Assembly (NCBI RefSeq): GCF_006345805.1
Contig: NW_021831974.1
Span: forward strand, 1 to 34,068
DNA from: Octopus sinensis
Lineage: Eukaryota
Direction: 5' to 3'
DNA: 34,068 nucleotides
Part shown: positions 23,717 to 33,893 of the stretch, piece by piece
Layout of the letters: every line of letters begins with the position of its first letter
How positions within the stretch are numbered: position 1 is the first letter of the stretch
Program-made: the position numbers and the translations under genes
Notes under the pieces: model-generated
What the model was told of the DNA's origin: nothing
The model's input: the letters and a program-made list of their open reading frames with translations, nothing else
Databases searched by the model: none

Positions 23717-24069
23717 TAAATTTTCCTCGAATGGGGCTTTTACATGCCGAAATCTACTTGGTGTAATTGATAATTCTCCCTAATTATTAATTTCACCTCT
23801 TATTATTACTGATATATATATATATATATATATATTAATAGTATGACAACAAAAGAATGAATGAGACCTTGATATTATGTAAATATAGGAATTTATCTGT
23901 AATATAATTGTCACATATTATATTATATATATATATATATATATATAAATTGCAACCTGGTGTAGTGAGTGTTGACTTGGAAGTGACAAAATAATGTGAA
24001 CTGTAAAAAAACAAATCTTATCTTCTCTGCACCCCGTGCGTCCATGCCATTTCGATTTTCTCTCTGATA

Positions 24070-25005
24070 CACGTCATCTAATACGTCTTATATCCGGTTG
24101 TTCTGTCATCCCACTTTTTACTCCGTTGTTCGTGTTCACTAGCATCAGGTGTCCAACGCATCATCCTCGCTTCATTATCTTCTAGTCTTTGCAATTCCTC
24201 TCCATTCAGGCCCCATGTCTTACTACCATGCAGTGTCGCAGTTCCTATACAGGCATCATACAATCTGTCTTCGACTCTTTGACAGAAATTTTATGCTGCT
24301 AACAGAGGAGATATCTACCGAATCTTTTCCCGACTCTTCCTTCTTTACATTGAATGCTAGTTAAGTTTTCATGGTAACAACAGTTATTAATTAGTTCTGG
24401 GAAAGCGCCAGGGTATTTGCAAGAATCCGGTTCTCTTGTACTCTTACTGTTAATTATTCATGTGTATCTGCCGCATTCAAAAGAGGGTATTTCCTCCATA
24501 ATTCTACCTTTGATGCCACCACACTTCTTGCAATTCCAGTTTCCGCTGGGTACAATATATAGAATGTATCCTTACTGCCGCATACTGAGCACGGCCATTT
24601 CCTTGATTGTGGTACGGCCCCTTTTTTATATTTTGTTCTTCCTATATATTAAAATTTTATTTTTGCTCAGCTGATTGTAAGACTTCTTGAATCTGTTCCA
24701 ATGTCTAAAATTTGTTCCACTTCATGTTCAGCTATCAACATATAAAAGTCCCTTGTGAACATGGTGGACTATGATGAACAAAAGAGCGTAGGGAACTGAG
24801 CCTTCATACACATCTAACTGTACTCTAAACTTGTTGGGGTACTTATTACGGGGTAACTCTCACCTTCTTAAACGCGCTTCCGTACGTAGCTTGCACCACA
24901 ACTCTTGCCAACTCTGGTTGTCTTAACGATTACCATTTTACAGAGCATGGAATACTACCACAGGTCAACGAATGCCAGGAGTAAAGACTTACTCTTAACT
25001 ACACA
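24070..25005 (-). mobile_element. RTE-clade LINE RT remnant with internal Cys-rich (PHD-like) segment
   Basis: Minus frames give LLLAFVDL, VVQATYGSAFKKVRV, FRVQLDVYEGSVPYALLFIIV, KWPCSVC...KKCGGIKGR..FECGR and YDACIGTATLHGSKTWGLNGEELQRLEDNEARMMRW (track ORF 24078-24263). Confidence 0.85.
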
Positions 25006-25066
25006 CACTTATGTATGTATGTATGTATGTATGTATGTATGTATGTATGTATACATAGAGAGAGAG

Positions 25067-25130
25067 TTGGCTGCTATTTCTAGCATGACAAGCCTCCATG
25101 TAGGAGGCTCTCTAGTTGGCTCACCCAAAC
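25067..25130 (-). mobile_element. Short interspersed repeat (family D) fragment
   Basis: TTGGCTGCTATTTCTAGCA...TAGGAGGCTCTCTAGTTGGCT is the reverse homolog of 27037-27095. Confidence 0.55.
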
Positions 25131-25326
25131 AGCTGATAGTGTTAGAAACTAGTGTTAGAGGTGGGTGCAACGTTAAGGTGGTGGGGGTAGGAAGAGGTAT
25201 TACTAACGTCAGGGGAATCGAAAAAATGCACACCTCAGCTGTCACGGATTGGAGAACGAGTGAAATATTTTATAAAGATTTTATTAAGTCGCCATATTTA
25301 CCCCTCCTTTTTTTCACTCACTCACA

Positions 25327-25357
<31 letters not shown>

Positions 25358-26140
25358 TTTCATTCTCTTACTCTTACTATCTTTCCCTTTAACATTTTTC
25401 TTCCTCTTTCTCATTAAACATCTCATACTCCTTCTCTACTCTCTCTCTCTCTCTTTCTCTCCCATACTGATATCAATTTTGTGAGTCTGCGAGTATTTTA
25501 TATCAGTTTAGAATGAAAGTCCTATCGTATTTCAAGATGAGAAAGAAACAAATACTTTTCCAGCCTTAATTGCCACATTTAATCACCATAATATTTCTCC
25601 TCATTATTTATAAACTCGGTGGCAAATCGCTGATTCCCCTCGCGTCAAGGGTTTCAGGTTTCCACGCAAGGAAACCCTCGGAATCACTTTAACCGCTTCG
25701 CAATGAATCAACTCTTTTCCTTTTAAATAATGTTGCGATGATCTAAAACGATAATCTTCAGACGGAGCAAAGCCTGAAGAGCAAGGAGAATGAGGCAGAA
25801 CTTCAGTATTTTGTTCCTTAGTCTTTTCCTGGGGGACTTGAACAATTTGTAGCTTTGCATTCTAGTGTTAAGCAATACCTTTGACCGAATTGCCAATAAC
25901 ACTTCTTCGCTGAAGCGATTTCGTTTTGGTTTAACACTTCATGGCTGACGAAACCCTTCAAATTCCATCAAATGGATATTATGACATTTTCTTGGTGTAG
26001 CCAAGTTTTGAGGGTGGATTCTCCTTTTTCATTGGATGCTAAGAATTTCATTGGGTGCTAAAAAAAAGTGGTGTTTACCTTGTGTGGGGGTATGTATATT
26101 ATATATATACTATATATATATATATTATATATATATATAT

Positions 26141-26292
26141 GGCCGGATCGGAGCGATCTCAAGATTAATCAGCTGAAATTGCTACGATGATCCGGTTCTT
26201 GAATGAAGATGAGGGCTTCGAATGTCCCGTTCGTTTTTTTTGTATCGTCTTCTAAGTGTTTTGCGTTCTTGTCCCAGTTTGTATTTCTACAT
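26141..26292. mobile_element. (TA)n-flanked interspersed module, copy 1
   Basis: GAAATT.CTACGATGATCCGGTTCTTGA...GAGGGCTTCGAATGTCC...TATCGTCTTCTAAGT...GCGTTCTTGTC.CAGTTTGTATTT is shared with 33771-33893. Confidence 0.8.
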
Positions 26293-26307
26293 ATAATAAT
26301 AATAATA

Positions 26308-26344
<37 letters not shown>

Positions 26345-26482
26345 ATATATATATGTGTTGTGTGTGGGTGTATTTAGGGATAAATTTTTTCTGAATTTTA
26401 GTTTTTTATTATGCTAGGCTACTGGTTTTAAATTGATATTAATTAAATTAATATTCAACTTATCTCCCTCATTATTTAAATT

Positions 26483-26556
<74 letters not shown>

Positions 26557-26574
26557 CATACATGACGGAGTCTA

Positions 26575-26690
26575 GTACTAAGTTTTTAAAGGTCTGGTTC
26601 CTATTCTATCACTCTTGTTTTACCGAACAGCTACGCTACGGTTGTCAAACGGTGGTGCAGATACAAATACAGTTATCACAAACACTGTGT
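26575..26690 (-). mobile_element. SINE family A 3' part, diverged
   Basis: CCTATTCTATCACTCTTGTTTTACCGAACAGCTA..CGGTTGTCAAACGGTGGTG aligns with 720-810. Confidence 0.6.
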
Positions 26691-27036
26691 GCGTATACAT
26701 ACGTACGTACGTGAGTGTACTATATCCATATACACAAAATGAATGCAGATGTTTGCATGAGGGAGACAAAGAGAGAGAGAGATGGAGAAGGAGAAAGAGA
26801 GAGAGAGAATAAAAGGGAGGATGAGAGAGACGAGGAGAAAGGAAGGGGGGCGATGAATTAGGAAAAGCTTTATTAATAATTTGACTTCATTGGTGACAAT
26901 TGACATGTGGATTCCTCCATTGTCCCGACACCAATATTGACCCCAGCCCCACCACATCACCATTATCTTAACACTACTACTATTACCACCACCACCATCA
27001 CCACCATCACCACCATCAGCTGATTGGTTAATCCAG

Positions 27037-27095
27037 CGAGGGAGCGTCTACGTGGCCGTTCGACTTGCTTGAAATAGCGCCCAAGTCTCCTCCCA
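27037..27095 (+). mobile_element. Short interspersed repeat (family D) fragment
   Basis: CGAGGGAGCGTCTACGTGGCCGTTCGACTTGCTTGAAATAGCGCCCAAGTCTCC is homologous to the reverse of 25067-25130. Confidence 0.55.
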
Positions 27096-27537
27096 AGAGT
27101 ATTCCAGTCCTGACATTCCTGGTTTTTTATTCAAACTTAATGTATCTCGAAGTCTCGCAGTAAATAATAAACAAATACAAAGGAAGGGAATATCAGAGAC
27201 CAGTTTTTTTTATCGTTTCTAACGCCTGATTCTACGAAGATGGAATACAAAAGTGTTTATAACAATAAATGAATGAGTTTTAAATTGCCAGTCTACGATG
27301 ATCTTACTTCGTTATTTGGCATCGAGTTTAATGACCTTCCAGTCGACTGTTTTGTATCGAGTCTCTTGGAAAGTAAGTCCAACCATTATAATTAATAGTA
27401 TGTGTTTTATTATCACGGTAAAGAGATGGTGTGCACGTAAGAAGGTGTCCAACTAAAAAATAGAGAGTGGGTGAGTGACGGTAGAAGAAGTAAAATAAAG
27501 TTGAGTAAAAGGATATAACATCTCCTTCCCTGCTGCC

Positions 27538-27576
<39 letters not shown>

Positions 27577-28099
27577 CTCTCACTCACCCCCATTTCCCAC
27601 CACAATTAAAACGACCACCGTTCTTTGAAACTAACTGGTATTATGCTTCTCATCGTTAAACCCAAGCAAATTATTCGTCTCCTCACCCCATCCCCCATAA
27701 CCTGTCCCTCCCACCACCGTTGCCAATCCTTCTTCCACCGAACGTCGACCTTCATGTTTATTCCCAGAGTCTTCGAGAGGAACATTAATGATATCAAACT
27801 CACCATTTGCGGTGCAACTCTAAACGCCATCGGTGCAACAATCGGATAAAAACAATAAAACATAAAACTCCCCTTCCTCCCCGTCCCCATTCCCACCACG
27901 ACCACCACCATTTAATCTGAGAGACTTCTTCCTAAACACGTAAATCAATAATGACATATAAATTTTCCTTAAGTCATCATTTAATTGTAGATAGGATTAG
28001 CAATCCATTAACTAATCCCATAATCCGTCAACTTGCCGTTATTATCAGTTTATCTCCATTCTCATGAAGCAATCGACGTACTTGTTTACCTATAGGGAT

Positions 28100-28385
28100 A
28101 CAAGCACGGCTCGGTGGTTTAGAATGTTCGCTCTACGACCATGGAGTCCCACGTTCGATCTCTTCGAATGGCATCTTGTGCAAACAGGTTTTTATCATAA
28201 CCTTTGGGGGGGCACACAAAATGTCACATTGAAATTGGGTTCATGGAAATTGCATGAAGCCCTGTCCGATGCTCTGTGTCTGTCATTCAAAGGTACAGCC
28301 TTGTCGAAAACTCTGCCACCCTGGCTCTGCTTGAAAATTGCCTTTAAAGTACAAATAATCTGTAGAATACTCAGCCACTGATGTA
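28100..28385 (+). mobile_element. Old tRNA-derived SINE (A-like head + B-like central domain)
   Basis: GGCTCGGTGGTTTAGA...GTTCGATC head, then CAAAGGTACAGCCTTGTC...TGTAGAATACTCAGCCACT matching the reverse of 12585-12680. Confidence 0.65.
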
Positions 28386-28477
28386 GATTTAGTGTGTGTG
28401 TGTGTGCATGTGTGAGTACGTATGTTTACATACATACATATACATACATACATACATACATACATACATACATACAT

Positions 28478-29086
28478 AATAATAATGTTCGTCCTTCGGG
28501 TTCGAAGATGACCACTGACATCATCTGGTGGAACTGCCGCCATGAGACCGGAGGTGGCAGGTGAGGCCAATCCGGGCAAGGAAGCCCCTCCCACAGGTGG
28601 GGCAAAAGTGGGTAGGGGCCGTGCTATTGGTGCAGGCGGCTCTGGCTTTCCGCATCTGGCGTTTCTGCTCTGCTGACCGAATCCGTCCCTCCTCGGCTGT
28701 CCCTGCTCCTGTGGTGATTGCGCAGCGCCAGGATGAGCGGTCGACAGCAAGTGTCTCCCAGGTTTCTGTGCCGAAGGAGAAGTCTTTGAGAGAGACCTTG
28801 AGACTGTCCTTGAAGCGCTTCTTCTGCCCTCCGACTTTGCGTTTGCCCTGGCTGAGTTCACCGTAGAAGAGCTGTTTTGGGATGCGAGTGTCGGACATGC
28901 GGGAGACGTGGCCCGCCCATCTCAGCTGGGCCTTGCGCATGATTGTGATGGTGCTAGGGAGATCTGCCTGCTTCAGAACTTCCGTGTCTGGGACTTTGTC
29001 CTGCCAGCGGATGTGAAGGAGGTTCCGAAGACACCTGAGGTGGAAGTGGTTTATCTGGCGCTCGTGCCTTCGGTAAGCAGTCCACA
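28478..29086 (-). mobile_element. Young 5'-truncated RTE (BovB-like) LINE with open ORF2 C-terminus and C2H2 zinc finger
   Basis: Track ORF 28521-29120 gives WTAYRRHERQINHFHLRCLR..LRWAGHVSRM..RIPKQLFYGEL..GGQKKRFKD..CPTCGRGFLARIGLTCHLRSH*. 3'UTR GTGGTCATCTTCGAACCCGAAGGACGAAC, then an (ATT)3 tail. The first ~12 residues of the track ORF come from flanking sequence. Confidence 0.95.
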
Positions 29087-29800
29087 TACATACTTGCTTT
29101 AGCCCGTAAGTTGCGGCCATGCTGGGCCACTTCCACTGGTGTTGCTACACTTTTACTGATCTTCCTTCTTTAGTTGGCATTTGGTAAATGGCGGAGTTCG
29201 AAGTTGCTGTCCTCAGTTGTGTTTCTTGCTGCGAAATAATCTCACCCGGAACTCTTGACACTAAACTCCAGTTGCTTGCCTAAAACATCTAGAACCCCAC
29301 CATGTGGGTCCCTTAAGTCTTTCAATAGGATTTTGAGCTGAGGGCCTTTGAACACTAATCTATTACAGTATCTGGTTCTAAATCTAGATAGTGAAGATAG
29401 AATTTTTGGCACCTATGCAGAGGGACCCTGTATAGCCTTTCAATGCCATCGTTTCGTGCAAGTTCTTTCATGCCTTTGCTCCAAGGAATGGTCTTAACTT
29501 ATTCGGTCTTTCCCGGAGCTGATCTCTTGCAATGGGTCGACCATCTTCATATAGCTGCATTGGAGTGTTTCAAATTGTGCCATTAATTTTACACTGTAAG
29601 GTAACGACGATGAGAAGCAATAATCTAAGTATTTGAAGACAAATGTCCTCCAGAGAATCACCACAGCATCCGGCCTCTTATTCCACTAATTCTTAGAATC
29701 TATGTGGCCTGTCGCCTACATTTAATTGACATTTTAGTAATACACTTATAGAAACCTGCCTCGTTACTCGTGTTAATGCTCAGATCGTATAACATTTACT
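29087..29800 (-). mobile_element. Old CR1-like LINE 3' portion with SINE-A-like tail
   Basis: Minus frames give VILWRTFVFKYLDYC..PYSVKLMAQFE, LQCSYMKMV...SLEQRHER and FKGPQLKILLKDLRD. The 3' end is GTGGCCCAGCATGGCCGCAACTTACGGGCTAAAGCAAGTATGTATGT. Confidence 0.8.
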
Positions 29801-29958
29801 GACATTTATAATTTTCCTTTTTGATAACACATTGCACACAACTGTCTGCATCAATTTTTTGTATCCACATTAGCGATTCGCTAAATTATCCATGGATTTT
29901 TATGGTGAATACATATGTACTGAGAGAGAATTAAGTCTGGAATCAGCCGAGTAGAGCG

Positions 29959-30013
29959 CCCCCTAGCGATGAGGCTACAGAATTAGCCGAAACTGACCGA
30001 TCAGTATAAGGAG
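29959..30013 (+). ncRNA. Type I hammerhead ribozyme-like motif (variant core)
   Basis: CCCCCTA-GCGATGA-GGCTA(CAGAAT)TAGCC-GAA-ACTGA(CCGA)TCAGT-A-TAAGGAG: perfect stems II and III, GUA triplet, imperfect stem I; core GCGAUGA instead of CUGAUGA. Confidence 0.6.
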
Positions 30014-30575
30014 TTACTTGGCCGGTGTCTGCGGGCGATTACAGTCCTTGTAGGTAAACATGCATACAATTATGTGCTTTAACTACGGCACTAGAGCTTC
30101 TTAGCTCTTATTTCTAGCAATGTACGTGTTCTAACGCCCTGGTCATATTTAGGGACAATTATAGTTTTCCCTTTTGGTAAAACATTGCACACGGCTGTCT
30201 ATGTTAATCTTTTGTATATATGTGTGTGTGTGTGGGTGTGTGTGTGTGTGTGTGTGTGTACACACATACACATACAACGAAAGTGTCACTCTACATACAC
30301 ACACACGACAAACAAAAGAAAGTGGCACTCTACACACACACACATGCACACACACTCAAATATACACACACACACATGTTACGCTAATTTAGACTGCATT
30401 TTTATACGTCCGTACGTTCCTGTACGCGAGTGTACATACAAAAGCTCGCGCGCACACACAGAAAAGCGCTCACATACACACATCACCGCACACAGATGCA
30501 CCACCATTCGACATCTCAGCTGAAGATAAAACGACGATCAATTAAGTCACTGCAAACTGAGCCTTTTGACTCTCA

Positions 30576-30599
30576 CTGAAGAGCTCTCACATAGCGAAA
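30576..30599 (+). ncRNA. Hammerhead core relic
   Basis: CTGAAGA-GCT(CTCACAT)AGC-GAAA is intact; stems I and III are not recoverable. Confidence 0.4.
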
Positions 30600-30673
30600 G
30601 CACATCATCAACAATGCTAGGACCGCGTGTGGCCTTCTCTTCTAGGTCCCCAAAAGCTGTTAAGACACTACAA

Positions 30674-30861
30674 TAGCGATTCTCAACCGAGGTTTATTGG
30701 GTCGCACGCGGCCCTGAAGATCCCTTAAGGTGGCATCTGGTGTTCTTCCTTCAATAAACATAATTTATCTTTAGGTGACTTGTTTTACCTTTTTTTGTGG
30801 GCCCCTAAAAAAATCCAGGGTTTGGATCTGGTCCGGGCATTAAAAAGGTTGTGAGCCACTG
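30674..30861. mobile_element. hAT (Charlie-like) MITE
   Basis: TIRs TAGCGATTCTCAACC and GGTTGTGAGCCACTG fit the CAGTGGTTCTCAACC pattern. The 8-bp flanks CACTACAA / TGCTACAA match 6/8 (decayed TSD). Confidence 0.75.
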
Positions 30862-32998
30862 TGCTACAAAGGCGCAGGTGAGGCCCACAACAAAGTATTA
30901 TTCCTAAATTTGGGACGGTGCTGTTGCTACTACTACGTCAACACACGGGCGTCCTGGACTACATCCCAAGAATTGCCTCTTTCGACCACAGACCTACTCT
31001 CTCTATCTCCCTCCCCCTTTCTTTTTCTCCCTGTCTTTCCTGTCACTACTGTAATGGCGTCTGGCTCTCGGAGCTTCTGGGTCTTGTATCTTCACCACTC
31101 AGGCCACCTCCAACCCCCTCGTCCTTCCACCACTCTCTTCTCACTCTTGATGCACCCAACACCTTCGGCCCTGTACCAGCCGCTACTTCTCCACGACCAC
31201 CACTCCCAGAATATATGAATTCCTTGGAATCTTGTTGATTCCGTCTTCCCGGCAGATGTTGACCAGCAACATTTTAAACGGAACATTAGCGACATCAAGT
31301 TCACTGATTACGGAGTGTGCAGGAGAAATGCTGCTGCAAAGGTCACAGACGCTGTCGCTTCCGCCAGACTTAGCACTGTGTGTGTGTGTGTAAGTGAGTG
31401 AGTGAGTGAGAGAGTGCGTGCGTGTGTGTGCGTGTTCAAAAGTGTTGCTTTACTCAGGCGTTTCTCCGTGGTACTCTCTAGATGCATTACTCGGAGGAGT
31501 GACATTAAAAAGTCGTCCTCAAATAAATACTCTTATAAGAGTAATGAGCTCTTTCTACACGCTTCTGTACACAGAAAAGCTTTTTACACACTCACACACA
31601 TACATACACACACACACACATACACACAAACACACAAACACACTCACAAACTTTTCCATGTACAGGTGTGAGATATTTTTGTTTTAAATGTTAAACTGTG
31701 CCAAACCCTTCCTGTCATACGTTGTGTGTGTGTATTGAGCGTGTGTGTGTGTGTGTGTGTGTTGTTTACTTGTATGTATGTGTGCACGTGCGCGCACGCG
31801 CGTATGTAAAGTATTACATTCTAACTATTAAATTCTTAAGTGTTTGTAAGTTTGTGTCGGGTCTAATTCTCTCATCTCTATTTCCTTTAACTAACACGAT
31901 GTGTGTGTGTGTTGTGTGTGTGTGTGTGTGTGTGTCTGTGTGTGTGTGTGTGTGTCTGTGTGTCTGTGTCTGTGTGTGTGTATTTAATATTCCTCTTTTC
32001 ACGGTCGCTTTGACATATGTTTGAAAATACCGAATTCCACCGCAGCTTCTCTGCCCACTCTGTATATGGTATCCAACAGTGGTGCTTCTAGCTTCGTCGT
32101 CAGCAAATAAATAATAGTGATCCATAGACAGGTGAGAGTTTGATTTAGAAAAAAAAAAAAAAACAGTTAGTGAATTGTTCGAACGATGAACAAAATAATA
32201 CCTTGAGGAATTTAGTTCTGACGCTTTGCGTTCTGTGTTCAAATCCTTCCTGGATAGATACATTTAAGTAGTAATCAGGTATTGGAGCAATACTCGACTG
32301 GTACTTTATTCAATCGACTGATAATGAAGTACCACAAGGTTCCTTTAAGCAAGAACTGCTTCCGTTCAAAGACATTATTATGTATTAGAAGGACATTAAG
32401 GTCTGATGTGTGTCGACTGAAGAGGAAGCTGATCCTGTTCCCACAGTCGTTGCGTCAGTGAACCGTCTGCTTTAACATGTCCGTTTAATATGTTCGAGAA
32501 GGAAACGGATTAGAATGAGGGCGTTCCATTACAACACTCTTCCTGCAAAGAATTCGGTTTTATTTTGATAAATTATTCTTTCTTCCTTTTTGCCTAAATT
32601 CTAAAAATTACTTCCCATTTATGCAAGCTGTACTTGACGTGGATTCTTGTTATTCGTGCTGCCTTCCTTACCAATAATGCTTTCACAATTCGCCGGTGAA
32701 AAACACTCTCAAAAGACTTCTAGCCAGGCGATGAGTATACATTCCATGCTGGAACTGTTCTCGTGGTTTTATGGTAGAAATTTGCTTTATATACGATTTG
32801 GTGAAAGATAGATTTGTTACATAATGGTTTCCACTGCTTTTCTTACAGGAATGGATGGCAAGGGAGTGCTTGTAACGTGATGCAGAACAAATACGAATAT
32901 GCAAATATTTGTTCTAACGATATAGGTTTTCGGTTTTCTAGTCTGTCTGTCACTCCTCATCGACACACATCGGGAAAAAATATTTACATCTATATTTA

Positions 32999-33046
<48 letters not shown>

Positions 33047-33239
33047 AATTCACATAATTCGTTGATAAACGAGAACAAATACAACGATCCGGTTCTGAAA
33101 CTGTAGAGTAACGAAGGTGATGTCGACCTTGCTTCGCTCCCTACATAAACTGCTCGGTGGATCTTTTTTTTTTTACGCTTTGTGACAATATCTGTCCTAG
33201 TTTCCTTAACACGCCATTAGCCAGGATCTACCCAGGATC

Positions 33240-33480
33240 TATCCAGCACCCAACAAGAATATTGTACCTTTTATATTGGAACAATTAGGTTTGAGTCCCA
33301 TGTTTTTGCATCTAATAACAAGGTTAACAGTCTTTCTATGCCAACTTATATACGCCTGGTACAACGATTTTTCTGAAGTAACGACGAAGAATTTGCCGCC
33401 ACTCTCCATCAAAGTATCTGCTCTTATATTGTTCGGTCCGTGAGATTTCCTGATTTTAACGCTATGGTAGCAGCTTCTCA
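33240..33480 (-). mobile_element. RTE-like LINE RT N-terminal remnant
   Basis: Track ORF 33239-33523 contains KSHGPNNIRADTLMESGG and GLKPNCSNIKGTIFLL, matching the RT motifs KxPGPDGIPAExLKxGG and KGDKxxCSNYRGISLL. Confidence 0.7.
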
Positions 33481-33721
33481 GTGCGTTCAAAAATCCCATA
33501 CACCCCCACCCCCAATATTCCATGACAGGTTAGCGCCTGGAATCCTCCAAACGGTCGCATGACATGTCGTTTAGTCGAATTCGCCCATCATTTACTCCAC
33601 ATTTTGTCGTCAATGTTGCACGTACCCTTACCACATGTTTCAACTGTAAAATATGTATACAAACTATGTCATTTTAATCTTGAGCACTGCCGGGTATCTC
33701 TGCTAGAATATATATATATAC

Positions 33722-33752
<31 letters not shown>

Positions 33753-33770
33753 CATATGTATATATATATC

Positions 33771-33893
33771 GAAATTACTACGATGATCCGGTTCTTGACT
33801 GAAGACTGAGGGCTTCGAATGTCCTGTCTGTGTTTGTTGTATCGTCTTCTAAGTTCTTATGCGTTCTTGTCTCAGTTTGTATTTTTCTACATA
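33771..33893. mobile_element. (TA)n-flanked interspersed module, copy 2
   Basis: Homologous to 26175-26292; TA arrays on both sides. Confidence 0.8.

Noticed and set aside
28283-28866. Overlapping 192-aa and 101-aa ORFs
   Set aside because: Alternative or antisense frames of the GC-rich RTE ORF2.
31528-31543. 16-bp palindrome TACTCTTATAAGAGTA
   Set aside because: AT-rich and isolated; plausible by chance in 34 kb.
32040-32135. YLFADD motif (minus) and CAG|GTGAGA donor (plus)
   Set aside because: No other RT motifs flank LFADD; the plus-strand candidate exon has stops in all frames.
32417-32445. CTGAAGA-GGAA..TTCC hammerhead-like start
   Set aside because: GAAA and stems I/III are absent; too decayed to call.
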